Source: Podarcis tiliguerta
Lineage: Eukaryota
Direction: 5' to 3' (one strand)
NCBI GenBank assembly: GCA_965153285.1
Contig: OZ229117.1
DNA: 64,000 nt
Of this stretch, positions 11,773 to 25,481 are shown one piece after another. The notes under the pieces were generated by a model, which was not told the DNA's origin, made no database searches, and saw nothing but the letters and a program-made list of their open reading frames with translations. Position 1 is the stretch's first letter. The number at the start of each line of letters is the position of its first letter. Both the position numbers and the translations under genes were made by a program.

Positions 11773-13821
11773 GTTGATGAGTTTTTCCTCCTACTGTCCT
11801 GGAGATGGTGGGGAGAGACATACAGAGAGAGAGAGAGAGAGAGAGAGAGGTAGAGGTGAATAATTAGATTATTCTACCTCCTTGCATGATCTCTGTTCTA
11901 TTTTACAGTTGTTGGGAATGATGATACTTTCAAGTGTACAAAGTGTCTGTATGTTTTATATAGCTCTACTTCTAACTCTATAAGGCAGGGTTGGGGAACC
12001 TGCGGCCCTCCAGATATTGTTGGACTGCAGATCCCATCCCCTCTGGTCATTGGCCATGCTGGCTGGCACAGGTGGGAGTAGAGTCCCAACAACATATAAA
12101 GTGTGTTCAAGTGTTTGCCCAAACACATGAAAGCTGCATCAGGCACAGAATGACACACATAAGTCCTGTTCCCAACATCCCCATGCACATCACCCCACAT
12201 ACTGAGTCTCTGGTCTTCCCTGTGTTGGATCAGAAACAAAGGTAGCTGCCATATACTGCCATATACCATTGGTCCATCTAGCTCCATATATTGTCCACAC
12301 TGACTGGCAGTGTCTCTCCAGTCTTATACATTTCATCTCTACCTGGCACCAGATGCTCTGCCACTGAGCTATGGCCTTTCCACATTCCACTTGAACACAA
12401 GCAGAACTCTCTGCAATTGAGGACTCTGATAAAGCAAGAACTTTAATTGCATGGAGGAGTTTGCATAATTGTGTTCAAGCAAATGTGAGTGGAAGTCCCC
12501 TGCAGATCTTCCTCAGTGAACACAGGGATGTTTGGGGGTTGGAGGGGAGGTACAATGTGAACCGCTTATCCCCATTCACACTTTGAGTTTTTTCCTTTAG
12601 ACTAGTAGTGGGAAACAGGATTCAGCCAGTGGGCTAGATCCTTAACCTCCTCCACGTCCTGTGGACCAGCTTTGAAAAATAGGACCTCCCACCTGTTAAC
12701 CACATGAAGACACAATGACTTCAGGGGACCCATTTTCCTTTGTTGCCCATGGTTTGAAATCCGTAGTGCCTGTGGATCCTGCTTTTATGCCCAGTCGTGT
12801 GCCTATCTGCACCTCATCTCATGTCACATGATGTCCAGTGCATGACAGGCAGGTCTAAGTTGACCCTTGGGCTCAGCTCAAGGTCTCCCACCATTCCTCT
12901 AGAGGACCACAGATTCCTCATCCCTCTTGTAAGGTCAGTATTATTATTCCCCATATTATGGAAGGGAGGACTAAAGGGGGGCTTGCCTTCATATTGCCAA
13001 ATGGGAGAGATAATGTTTAAAGCAGGGACTCCTTTGCTTCATATGCAGCTCAGTCTCCTAACCACTTTGCTAAACCCGTTATTAAGAGAACAAGGGTTGA
13101 TTCACAAAGCAATTGTGGTCCCCAGCTACCTGTAATCAGGTGAACACGACTGTTCAGGCTTATTTACAAACAGCCCCCTGCCAATTGTCAAGCTGTAGTG
13201 TTAAATATCAGAAAGCTTTAAGGGCAACTTTCCCCGTTCCTTTGAGTCTACTTCCGGAATGCAGACATAAATAAAAAGCACTGGTTCATAACTAATTTAA
13301 CTCGCGTAGAACTTTGGCACAACAGTATTGTTGTTTCTTTTCTCCATCCACTGCAAGGTTCTTGGGTCACACACACACACTCTCTGCCAATCGACCTCCC
13401 CTGAAAGAAGCATATTGAGCTGTGATTACTTGTATGGAAAGAGTAGTGTTGAAATGTCAATCTGTTTTGCTTTCTGTTATTTAAGCTTAGGATTTTTAAT
13501 TTTTTTAAAAATCCAAGGTTATTTACAAACTGAAAGCAGCCTATTCCTTGGTAATCATCACCAGGAAAGAGTGAATCTCTCGATTTCCAGTTTCTCATTG
13601 TCCCAATCTTAAATTCAGCTCCATATTCCTGCATGTCTCTGGGTTGTTCTTGTTTTAAAGTGCCCATGAAAATTTGTCAGCGTTTCAGTGGGTACCTTTC
13701 CCAATATACACTTTTCTGTATGCCATTTTCCTAACAGACATATTTTTACAAACCAACCCTCCTAATTTAATTCATTTTTATCAGTCATTTCTGATCTAGT
13801 ATATGTGTATTTGAACACATT

Positions 13822-14175
13822 AAAGGTAAAGGTAAAGGGACCCCTGACCATTAGGTCCAGTTGTGGCCGACTCTGGGGTTGTGGCGCTCATCTCGCTTTA
13901 TTGGCCGAGGGAGCCAGTGTACAGCTTCCGGGTCATGTGGCCAGCATGACTAAGCTGCTTCTGGTGAACCAGAGCAGCACACGGAAATGCCGTTTACCTT
14001 CCCACCAGAGCGGTACCTATTTATCTACTTGCACTTTGTGCTTTCGAACTGCTAGGTTGGCAAGAACTGGGACTGAACAACGGGAGCTCACCCCATCGCG
14101 GGGATTCGAAGTGCCAACCTTCTGACTGGCAAGTCCTAGGCTCTGTTGTTTAACCCACAGCGCCACCCGCATCCC
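13822..14175 (-). mobile_element. Sauria SINE
   Basis: tRNA-like head with B-box (..TCGAATCCCC), ~350 nt, (ACCTTT)n tail. Confidence 0.92.
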
Positions 14176-15500
14176 ATTGTGTCCAAAGAAAGCAGCAGAT
14201 GGAGGGGTCAGTCCTCAGTTTTCTCCCAAATCGTTCTGATTTTGTAGATTGTTCCTGTTATTATCATGTGTGTTTTTGTACTGATTGATTATTATCATAG
14301 TTTTCTTCATTTTAAGTGCTTTGAGCATGAAAATGGAAAGGCAGGATATGAAATAAAGAAGAAAGTATTTGGTTAGCGAACTGCATTGCAAAATTCAGAG
14401 CGCGTTTTGGGTTGTGTATTGTTTCAGAGAGGGTGAATTTGGTAGGTTTGCTTTCAGCTGAGAACTCAGTCAAATTTCTTACCACCGTGACACTCCCTTT
14501 TCTGCAATCCCATTGAGGTTTCTGATCTTCTGCCTTAGTAACTCTTGAGTCTGTAGAGCTGCCATTACTAATAAGTCATGGAAAACAGCTTGGTCCCTGT
14601 CTGTGGTGCCATCGGGGCAGGACTTGGAAAAGAAGTCCAGGGTTCAGCAGAATGAGCAGGAGGAGCTCACCCCTCAATCCCCACATTGCTAAGGTTGCAT
14701 TCAGACGTGGGTATTATTGTGTTAGTTTCCCTGATTATAATGCTAGTTAAACTCTGATCATTTTGTTAAACTGTGGAACTCACTCCCACAGGAAGCAGAG
14801 ATGGCCAACAAACCTGATGGCTTTAAAAGATGATTAGACAAATCATGGAGGGAAACGCCGTCAATGGCTAGTAGCCATGATGGGTATGCTCTGCCTTCAC
14901 AGTTGGAGGCAGAAATCCTTCTGAATGTCAGTTGCTGGAAACCACAGGAGAGGAGGGTGCTCTTGTGCTTGGATCCTGCTTGCGAGCTTCCTGGCCACTG
15001 GGAGAACAGGATGGTGGACTAGATGGGCCAATGGCCTGATCCAGCAGGCTCTTCTTGCGTACTTAACACTAGCAATTCTATCCTATATACTAAGGTTCCC
15101 TTTGATAGCTGTTGTGTTATGGAACTTTAGCTTTCTGATTGAACTGTTGCACTAGCATTTTCAATAACAGGAATGACTGTATCCTGGGATACTAGGCCAC
15201 ATTTCATCATGTGAAATTACAGCACAAAACACCTGCAATTTTCCAGCTCTTGCAAGTATCCCCCCCCCCCCCCGAAGTGAATAACATGGAAATGAGCACT
15301 CAACTTGCACTAGATTCCAGTACTTTTCCAGAAGTGGCTTTTATGTCATGTGGAGTATCACATAAAACGTGGAAATTATCCAATAAGGGAATGTCAGAAA
15401 AAAATTGAATAATTTGCCTGAACCCATTTTGAAGTAAGTGATGGAATACACATTGCCATCTAAAAGGCCCCCGAAACCAGGAAAGTTTCTCTAAATAGAC

Positions 15501-16632
15501 TATACTGAGCAGATGTTTGGAAGCTGTGGCTGGATGGTTACGTGGGATTCGGTTGAAGTTAAATCCTTTGAAGACAAAGGTCCTCTGGCTGGGTTGGGGT
15601 GACATGGGGTTGGGGGGGCCAACTCCCATCTCTTGGGGGGGGCGCAGTTAGCACCAGCGCCTTCCGTCAGAAGTCTGGGCGTAACCTTCGACACCTCCCT
15701 CTCTATGGAGGCGCAGGTTGCAGCTACAGCAAAGGCAGCATTTTTCCACCTTCACCGTGCTAAGCAGTTGGTCCCTTACCTTTCCCACCCTGATCTTGCC
15801 ACTGTGATCCATGCAACGGTCACCTCCAGATTCTATTATTGTAATTTGCTCTATGCGGGGCTGCCCGTGAAGCTGACCCAGAAACTCCAGTAGGTGCAGA
15901 ATGCTGCAGTGAGGCTCCTTATGGGGTCCTCGCCACAGAATCACATTCATCCAGTGCTATACCAGCTGCACTGACTCCCGGTGGAGTACAGGATCAGGTT
16001 TAAGGTGCTGGCTTTGACCTTTAAAGCCCTATACAGCCTAGGACCCTCGTACCTACGGGACCGCCTCTCCTGGTATGCCCCGCAGAGGAGCTTACGGTCA
16101 GCAAACAATGACACTTTGTAGGTCCCAGGCCTCAAGGAGGTTAGGCTGGCCTTGACTAGGGCCAGAGCCTTTTTGGCCCTGGCCCCAACCTGGTGAAACG
16201 CTTTGTCACAAGAGACCAGGGCCCTGCAGGACTTGATATCTTTCTGCAGAGCCTGCAAGATGGAGCTGTTCCGCCAGGCCTTTGGTCAGGGCCCAGTCTG
16301 ACCCCCCCCCCTTTTTACAAGACCCTGCATGTAAGTGGCCTCTCTAACTCTTCTGACCGGCTCATATGAGACCAACACAAATAGCTGGGCCTGGTGAGCA
16401 CTTAATGTTCCCAACCCCTATAGTTATCATTCGTGTGTTGCCATCTGATTTTATTCTGAGTTTAAATCTGATTTTAAGCTGTATTTTAATTGATTGTCTG
16501 TTTTTATGTTCTAATGTATTATATACTTTGATGTTAGCCACCCTGAGCCCGGTCTTGGCCAGGGAGGGTGGGATACAAATAAAATATATTATTATTGTTA
16601 TTGTTATTATTGTTATTGTTATTGTTATTATT
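15501..16632 (+). mobile_element. L2-clade LINE, 5'-truncated and degraded
   Basis: ORF2 remnants SVRSLGVTFDTSLSME, SRxxYCNxLYAGLP, QNAAVRLL and HIHPVLYQLH; AT-rich 3' end with an (ATT/GTT)n tail. Confidence 0.88.
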
Positions 16633-16795
16633 ATACACTCTTCTTTTAAAAGAGTCTGAATAAATCCAGTTCCTAGCAGCTTGATTATAACTCACTTGGC
16701 ATGCACAATTGTTGACTCATATTGTTCCCATCCTGTTGGTGTCTTAACAAAACAGCTAAGTCATCCCTTCAAACCCCTTTTTGGTTTAGACTTAC

Positions 16796-17280
16796 CATAT
16801 TTAAGAGACACGATTCTAAATCAACCTTGAACCATTTCATCTCGTCCTTATGCAACAAGCAGCCGTTTTTCCTGTGTCTGTGCAAGTGTATATGTGTGTG
16901 TTTAGAAAGAGTTTTTAAGAATGGTTTTTAACTGCTGATCCTGTCTCTTGTAATTGCTTTTATGGAATTGCAATTTTTAAAAAATGGTGTCAGCTGCCCT
17001 GTGTGATGCATTTACATGAAAAATGCTCTCTAATAAAAAAAAAATGCACATACATACACACACACGCACACACACACACACAGAGAGAGAGACCCCTCAC
17101 TAGCAAAACTGTATTCACTAAGAGATTCCAGGGTTTGCTAAAGTGCCTTACCTTCTAGAGTGCCTTTCAGGAGGATCAAATTTCTCGCGTCTCCTTGAAT
17201 GATTTGCTAAAAAGTGGGAGGCGCACGCAAACCCCTCTGGCTCCTGTTTCACCAAAGCCAAAAGTTTCAGAAGTCAAATC
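16796..17280 (-). other. Putative 5' non-coding exons of NAT paralogue B (about 17280-17152 and 16871-16796)
   Basis: Minus-strand donors AAG|GTAAGG (17152) and ATG|GTAAGT (16796) and acceptor cacag|G (16871), in non-repeat DNA upstream of the NAT-B acceptor. Inference from splice signals only. Confidence 0.3.
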
Positions 17281-17505
17281 TGTCGTAGAAATCCATACCA
17301 GCGTCCCTTTATTTCTCTCTTCTGAGTCGAAGAGGGCAAAAGCCGAGGAGAGAGTGGAGCTTTGCAGTTTCTAACTGCGTAAGCTGTTTTCTTATCTTCC
17401 CCTTTTCCACTGCCAAGAAAACATGTCCTACCCTGGATTTCCGGTTGGTAAAACCAGATGGAGTTGTTTTGATACACAGGAGTGGGTTAGTCTGACTGCT
17501 GCAGT

Positions 17506-17614
17506 CATTTTTGTTTTGTACACCACCACCCAAACTGTTATGGGGGGCATGTTCACTGAATGACATTGGACCAGGTCACAGAATCATTGAGTAGGGAGGG
17601 ACTTCCAATGTCAT
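17506..17614 (+). repeat. 109-bp direct repeat, second copy at 23922-24030
   Basis: Ungapped alignment with 8 mismatches counted by hand. Confidence 0.9.
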
Positions 17615-19136
17615 GTAATCTAGAGTTGCCATATTTCAAAAAGTGAAAATCCATACACAAAAGTTGTTGGGCATAAACGACACTGCCAACATAAGTTGCC
17701 ATACATCTGGATTTTCATACATTTTGCCAATTTCCACCCAGACACTGCTTGCGACTACAGTATTCCGGGTATGTCCAGCAAATTTCGGACATATGGCAAT
17801 TCTAATCTAGCCTAACCTCCTGGCAATGCAGGAAACTCATTACTACAGCACACCTGACAGCTGACCATTCAAGCTCTGTGTAAAAATCTCTTATCAGCGG
17901 GGAGGTCCCTACCTCTGAGCTTTGCCTACCTAACAGGATTGGGGTGATAATAAAATCAGGCTGGGGTGAAACACATGTGCCACCTTGAGCTTCTTTGAGG
18001 AGTAGAGTAAAAAAATGTAATGAGTAACGGCAGTAAATTGTAAAACCCTTCACACAGAATGCTCCATGGCTCCGGATGAAAGAAGTGCTGTCTTCCCATA
18101 GCTTCTGATGGGGGAAGTACCATTCACTCATGGCTCTCATTGAAGGAGGTATCATCTGCCCATGGCAGACCCTCCAAGTGCCCCTATTTTCCAGGGACTG
18201 CCCCAGTTTCTGATTTGATCCCAGAATGTCCCCCTTTTCTTTAGAATGTTCCTATTTTCATCAGAGAAATGTTGGAGGGTATGCCATGGCTCTTGAAGGA
18301 GGAATTACCGTATTTTCCCATCGATAAGACGCGCCCATGTATAAGAAGACCCCTATTTTTTGAGCCCAAAATTAAGAAATAAATGTTTTAAACATCAAAC
18401 ACTGAGGCAAGCTGTGTAATGGTGGATGCTTCTTTCAGCCCACCCTGGGTGCCATCACTGAGCTCCTTGCAGGGGAGGGGCGGGGCACACCGTGGGGCCT
18501 CCAGAATCTGCCTGCCCTCTCCCACTCAGTTGCCCTACAACTGGGGGAGAGGCAACGTAGTGCCTGCCATGCCCAAGGGGCAGTGTGCAGTTTGCTCCCC
18601 TGGATGTTTGAGAGTGGAGCAGAAAAAGTCAATTTGAATTCTGCAGTTCCTGGCCGTTGGGGACACGCTCTCTCTCACGCTCAGCTGCCCAGCTCTTCGC
18701 CAGCTCCGCCGCCACTCCAGTTGGCCGAGGGGATTGAAGTCATCTCACCCCCTGCGCCTTGCCCAACAGAGAAACCGCACATCTTGCACCCCTCCTGGGC
18801 AACCGCGCCGCCTACCCACAACTAATGAGCCTCCCCCAATCTCCTGCCCCCTTCCCCCGCCATTTTGACAAATTGGAGGAGGCAGAGAACCCTATGTTTC
18901 AGTAGAGTGCATTGTGCCCAGGGTTGCCACCAGTCCCTAGAAAAACGTGAAGGGTGGGAAGAAGGGGTTTGCACCTTGCCCAGCAGGGTAACCACGCACC
19001 TTGCACCTCTCCTGGGCAACAGCCACCTGCCTCCCAAACCTCCCCAAAATGAAGGGGGAAGGGGGAAGGAGATCAGGGGAGGGCCGGGAGTCACAGGTGG
19101 GCAGCCCGTGTTCCTTCTTTTCTTCTTCTTTTGAAC

Positions 19137-19695
19137 TAGAATCATAGAATCATAGAGTTGGAAGAGACCACAAGGGCCATCGAGTCCAACCCCCTGCCAA
19201 GCAGGAAACACCATCAGAACACTCCTGACATATGGTTGTCAAGCCTCTGCTTAAAGACCTCCAAAGAAGGAGACTCCACCACACTCCTTGGCAGCAAATT
19301 CCACTGTCAAACAGCTCTTACTGTCAGGAAGTTCTTCCTAATGTTTAGGTGGAATCTTCTTTCTTGTAGTTTGGATCCATTGCTCCATGTCCGCTTCTCT
19401 GGAGCAGCAGAAAACAACCTTTCTCCCTCCTCTATATGACATCCTTTCATATATTTGAACATGGCTATCATATCACTCCTTAACCTCCTCTTCTCCAGGC
19501 TAAACATGCCCAGCTCCCTTAGCCGTTTCCAGGCCTTTGACCATTTTGGTTGCCCTCCTCTGGACACGTTCCAGTTTGTCAGTGTCCTTCTTGAACTGTG
19601 GTGCCCAGAACTGGACACAGTACTCCAGGTGAGGTCTGACCAGAGCAGAATACAGTGGCACTATTACTTCCCTTGATCTAGATGCTATACTCCTA
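19137..19695 (-). mobile_element. CR1 LINE 3' fragment, same subfamily
   Basis: Reverse complement matches 9526-10477, with an octamer tail at 19137-19157 and a 17-bp internal deletion. Confidence 0.95.
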
Positions 19696-20392
19696 ATTCC
19701 AACTGAAGTGCATTTTTGGTCCACACTCTACCATTCCCCCCTCCACCTCTCCGCAATACCATTGTGTCCATTTGGGAGTGATTTCTCACTGTTTAATACA
19801 AACTTTTCATTTCCTGTGTTGAAAGTGATTTCTGATCACCAGCACCACCTATTGGTGTGAGAAGGTCATTTAAGTTATCCTCTCAAATGAGAAACAATAC
19901 AAACAATGGAAGAAATGAGGTGGTCATATGTGGGGCGGTCAGCAAAGACCTTTTTATAAATGCATTTTATACGTTTATTTCAAATACTTTTAACCTGCTC
20001 TTCATTAGTTTAGACAGTATGTGGGGCGGGTGGAATACAGAACACAAAATGAAAACAACCCGGAAAACGAGTGTGGTGATTTGGTGGTCCTCCAGAGTGC
20101 TTCTCCACAAGTGACGGAGGTGACACAGCTGTTGGTACAGCTACGGTGCCACCAGCATGTGGCACAGTGGTGGTGAGGGTCCCACTGGTGGTGGCCTGTG
20201 CCCTGGCCAACTCTCCTGACAGATGATTTGGACTGTGGAAAGAAAGGATGAGATCGCCCCTCCTCCATGCCTGAGTTCTTCAATGTGGTTCTCCCAGCCC
20301 CCACTCACACTACTCCTATGTTGTGAAATGTGATTTTTTTTGGGGGGGGGGCTAGACCTGTTGGATTGGGATATTGCCTGTTTGTGGGTGAT

Positions 20393-20439
<47 letters not shown>

Positions 20440-20442
<3 letters not shown>

Positions 20443-20785
20443 AAGGGACCCCTGACCATTAGGTCCAGTCGTGGCCAACTCTGGGGTTGCGGCGCTCATC
20501 TCGCTTTATTCGCCGAGGGAGGTGGCGTATAGCTTCCAGGTCATGTGGCCAGCATGACCAAGCTGCTTCTGGAGAACCAGAGCAGCGCACGGAAACACCG
20601 TTTACCTTCCCACCAGAGCGGTACCTATTTATCTACTTGCACTTTGACGTGCTTTTGAACTGCTAGGTTGACAGGAGCTGGGATCGAGCAACGGGAGCTC
20701 ACCCCATTGCGGGAATTCGAACCGCTGACCTTCTGATTGGCAAACCCTAGGCTCTGTGGTTTAACCCACAGCGCCATCCACGTTC
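20440..20785 (-). mobile_element. Sauria SINE flanked by (TA)n and (CA)n
   Basis: Same consensus as the other copies. Confidence 0.92.
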
Positions 20786-23700
20786 ACACACACACACACC
20801 TGTGGTCAGTGCTATTTTTCTAGAAAAAGATGTGTATCACCACAAACTCTTCCTCTGTTATCTTACGACTTCTATTATCCCTCACCTTTGGCCATGCCTG
20901 CAGCAGGTTGGATTTGATGACCCTTTGGGTCCCTTCCATCACTTCAATCCTCTGATCTGATTCTATGCTGGAGCTGATGGGAGTTGTAGTTCAGCAACAA
21001 CTAGAGGGCCACAGATTTTGTATACCTGCTTTACTAGGGAAATACTGCTTGCGGTTCAACAGCTTACCACATGGGGCAGCATTACTTCTCTGAATTTTGC
21101 AGCTCTGAATTCTCTAGCCATTGAATGTGCACACAAAAATGTATACACTAGGGCAGGGGCTCCAGCTATTGTTGGACTACAACTCCCATCATCCCTAGCT
21201 AGCAGATAAAGGTAAAAGACCCCTGGACAGGCAAGTCCAGTCAAAGGGACTATGCAGCACTCGCTTTCCAGGCTGAGGGAGCCTTACCTAGCTAGCAGGA
21301 CCAGTGGTCAGGGATGATGTGAATTGTAGCCCCCAAAACAACTGGAGAACCAAGTTTGGGAAACCCTGCACTAGGATAAAAGTGTAGATAGATGGATAGA
21401 TGAAAATAACATGGTTAATGTGCAAATGATTCTGTACTGCAACAGAGGGGGCAGCAGGGTTGGAACAGATGGCCTTTGATCCCTTCTCAGTTTGATGAAT
21501 CCATGATCCAAGGAGCCTTTGACTGAGTCTGATGAACACAAGGCCCATAAACAAACAGGGACTTGGGGAAGGCCAGCAAGCTCCGTGGTGATAGAATGTA
21601 TTTTGTAGAGGAGCTACAAAACACTGGCACTCCTATTCCTGGATCTCTGGTAGTGGGTCAAAGAAAGACCTTCTCTGGAGATTTTGGCAATACTTTATTC
21701 AGACAGGGTTGGCTGCATTGGACTTGATGGCACCTTTGAGTAACTTCTGCCCTTCCAAGATGTTTTGGGAAACCAGGGCTGTGTATTCATCTTCCAAGAA
21801 GCCTGACTAATAGCCATTGATAGGCTTCTCCTCTGTGAATTTGTCTGGTTCTCTTTTAAAGCCATTCAAGTTAGTGACCATCACCGCCTCCTGTGGAAGC
21901 AAGTTCCACAGTTTAAATATGAGCTGCATTAAGAAGTCTTTTCTTTTATCTGCCCTGAATTTCTGACATTCATCTTCTTTGGATGTCCACAAGTTCTAGA
22001 GTTATGACGGTAGGAGGAAATCTTTTCTCGACACACTTTCTCCACCATTCAGGCAGGGGAAGATTCCCAAGACATAGGCTTTAAAATTAAGTCATGGTTT
22101 TGCACCTCAGATCAGGTCTGTGCAAGGGGTGGGAGCACCTGGGTATACCTGCCCAGGCCTTGGTGGGCTAAGCTGGTTGGGGTCCCAGCCAGGGACAGGC
22201 TGCTTCTTTGATTGAGTCTATAACAAAGTCTAACAAGACTTTCGCCCCATGCTTCAGACTAGCTTTCCACGAGCCTGCCTCAGACTCTGCAGTTTTGACT
22301 CTAGCTCAACAGCATTGAGATTTCTCTCGGATGCTGCAAGTGAAACATTAATGACCACCAGATGTCACCATCATTTCATGTGTGCTGCTTAGGAAGCTGC
22401 TTGCCTTCAGTTCTCCAACAGAAACAGACCTTCTGCTCCAGTTATGGAAGACTTTGCTTGAACAGAACTTTATTCCACAGGTGCATACCTTTTAATGGTA
22501 GCATGAAAGCGGCCATCCCCTTGATTTTCTTAAAAGGCTAGATTTTTGTGCTGGAGGGAAATACATACGAAACCTTTCAACATCAGGATCAAATGTTAGA
22601 ATTCTACATAGTTAGATATTTGCATCAGCCAGTGGGAAATTGCATGAGATCACAGCAGCCATTTCGGCCACTGTCCTCTCGCAAGAAAAAAACATGTCCC
22701 CTTTTTCCAGGGCAGTTGACAGGTATGCCATAAAGCTCTGTCTGGCATATTGTATGCATTATCAACTCAACAAGAAGCTCATAGGGTGACCTTGGGCCAG
22801 TCACTGTCTCTCAGCCTAACCTATCTCATAAGGTTTCTGTGGGGATAAATTGCGTGGGCAGGAGAACTATGTATGCCACCTTGGAGAGCTGGTGGGGCTT
22901 AAATATAATAAATAAATAGGTAAGTATCTGGCACACATCCCTTTTGGAGAAACAGCTGCCATACGACGCAGGAGGCCGGGTCCTGGAGAGTGACTCAGTG
23001 GAGTGTCCTGGCTGAAGGAGTCAATTATGAACTCTGTGCAGGCTTCCAGGGCTCATTAAAAATAAAGTTGGATTTACCATTAACTCTGGTGAATTCATAA
23101 ATGAATTGCAGAGAACCAGCATAGCTGACAAAGAAGTATAGTTTCATCTGGGTACAATATGTGGCCAAGTTAGAGGAATGATAGACCGGAGACAATAAAA
23201 AAAAAAGTGAGGTCCATGTAGAACAACTTTTAGTCAGCCTTTTTTTGAGGTAAACAGCACGAGCAGAAGGTAGAATGTGTGTCTTTGTAGAACCTACTTG
23301 TCAATGAACATGCTGGAAAGATTTGTCACGTTACCTCACCGGAACCACCCTTAAGACAAATGACTGTGTGTGTCTATTGCTCTTTGTTCTCTGTGCAAAG
23401 TAATTTTATAGTTGTAGTTTTCTTTTATTGGCTCACTTGAGATTTACAGGCCACATTCTGAGCAGTTCACAAGGGGCTGCAGCAGCTTGCAAGATAACAT
23501 GAAACTAATAAACTGCAATAAAAGCAATACATAATCCAACATAATTAATCTCAAGCAATATTATGTTGCTCCTACTTTCTAGGAGGGCCAAATCATGGTG
23601 ATTTCTTGAAGGCCACACACTTTTCATACATTTCACGCCAAATCATTTTTTGTTGCAAAGCAGATCTTTACCTTTCATAACTACTTAAGAACATAAGGCC

Positions 23701-25481
23701 CTTCTAGTCCAAAGGCCCTTGTGGTCTTCTGTTCTCACAGTGACCAACATCCAGCTTCGCTGAAGGTCCCTGTATTCTAGTGCATTGTTTCATATGCCTC
23801 TATCAAGTCTACCTCACCTTTTTTATATACATTAAAGTGCCCCACACTTGGCAGGCAGAAATCAACAGCATGTCAAGCTATGTTATGATTGAAACATTCA
23901 AGAGGGATGATGGCTCAATAGCATTTTTGTTTTGTACACTACCACCAAAACTGTTACGGGGGGCATATTCACTGAGTGACATTGGACCAGGTCATAGAAT
24001 CATTGATTAGGGAGGGACTTCCAGTGTCATCTTGGTAGGGTTGGTCACTGTGAGAATAGGATGCTAGACTAGATAGACCAATGGCCTAATACAGCAGCCT
24101 CTTATATTCTTATGTTCCTACTATTTGGAATTCTCTGCCCATAAATATTAGGCAGCGGACTTTGCTGTATTGTGTCCCACAGTGTCCCTTGGAGAAGAAA
24201 ATCAGTGGGTGGAATGGCAGGCAATTTTCATAGAAAGAACAGAGAACTCACATTGTTCAACAGCAACAATGAAAACATGCTTTAATGGGGACCAAGAAAT
24301 CTTGTAAGCAAGCCTTGTAATTGTTGCTGTGAATGTTCTCTCCCAGCCTTACCTGGGGCTTTGATCTGATCCAGGAGGGTCTCTTCTTATGGTCTTATAG
24401 GATGTGCTTCCATTTCTATTCTATCCTTGTTGCTATTTCCAGCTTCTTATTTACACACTTCCTTCACCAGTCTTGCTACAGATAATGCCTGGGTGTATGT
24501 TAACATGAACATTCTCTTTGACTTTCCATTCTCAGTGATGCTATGGTTGCTCCTTGGCCAGTAGGAAAGACTGTCACTCAGTCTCTCTACTTTGCAAGCA
24601 GAAGGTCCCAGATTCGATCCCTGGCATCTCCAGGTAGGAACAGGAGAGAACCCTGTCCGAATCCTAGAACAGCTGCTGCCAGTCAGTGTAGGCAGTATTG
24701 AGCTACATGACCAATGGGCCAACACTCAGTATAAAGCAGCTTCCTACATTTGTGAGAATATGTGTTCTGTGTTCAGTGTGGAGTATGCTGCTCTCCATAC
24801 TTCTCCATTTGGCCCCTGGGACTTGGTCAGGTTCCCAGGATCTCAGTTTCTTGTCTTTCCATAGATAGATAGAGGACATGGAAAACATACAAGAAAAAAG
24901 TAGAATAAATATAGATTTTTACAATAGAAAAACCAGTGAAAGAGCACTAACATCTCATTATAAAGGGGGAAAAAATAAGTGGGCAAAGTAAGTCATAAAT
25001 GGGGGGAAACCCACATTGGCCAAGTGCTTGTTAAAGCTACTTCCAAATGATATCATACTTTGTGGGGCTTATATTGAGACGGTGCAATTATTAAGATACA
25101 TAATAAAGATCCACCAATTACCCGCACAATCCTCAAGCTCTGAAGTTCCCCGTAGGATGAGTAAGTCTTTCAATGACTGCGCTAGACACAGCCTTTTTGA
25201 GCCAATTATCGACTGTAAAATTTAAACCACTTACCATCCCTGAGCTATAACAAGGCAAGCAGCCACCCAAATATAAAAGAGAAGTGTTTCTGATGTAACT
25301 GAAGAGTTTTTGCCTTTAGATATGGAAAGGAGACACGGGGCTGGATCTGGCTGGACTAAGTGATCAACAGTGGTGCTAATTTTCCCAAAAGCTGCAGCCC
25401 AGAAGGTCCGGACCAAAGAGCAGGTCCACCATAAATGCCTATAAGTCTCTGTGGCTCCACTGTGTCACCAACAGGGCTGAG

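Noticed and set aside
18308-19135. GC-rich stretch with several overlapping ORFs (also 27440-27990) as a CpG-island gene
   Set aside because: The first stretch begins with a Tigger-like TIR, the ORFs are low-complexity with no domain or splice structure, and both regions are more likely DNA-transposon interiors.
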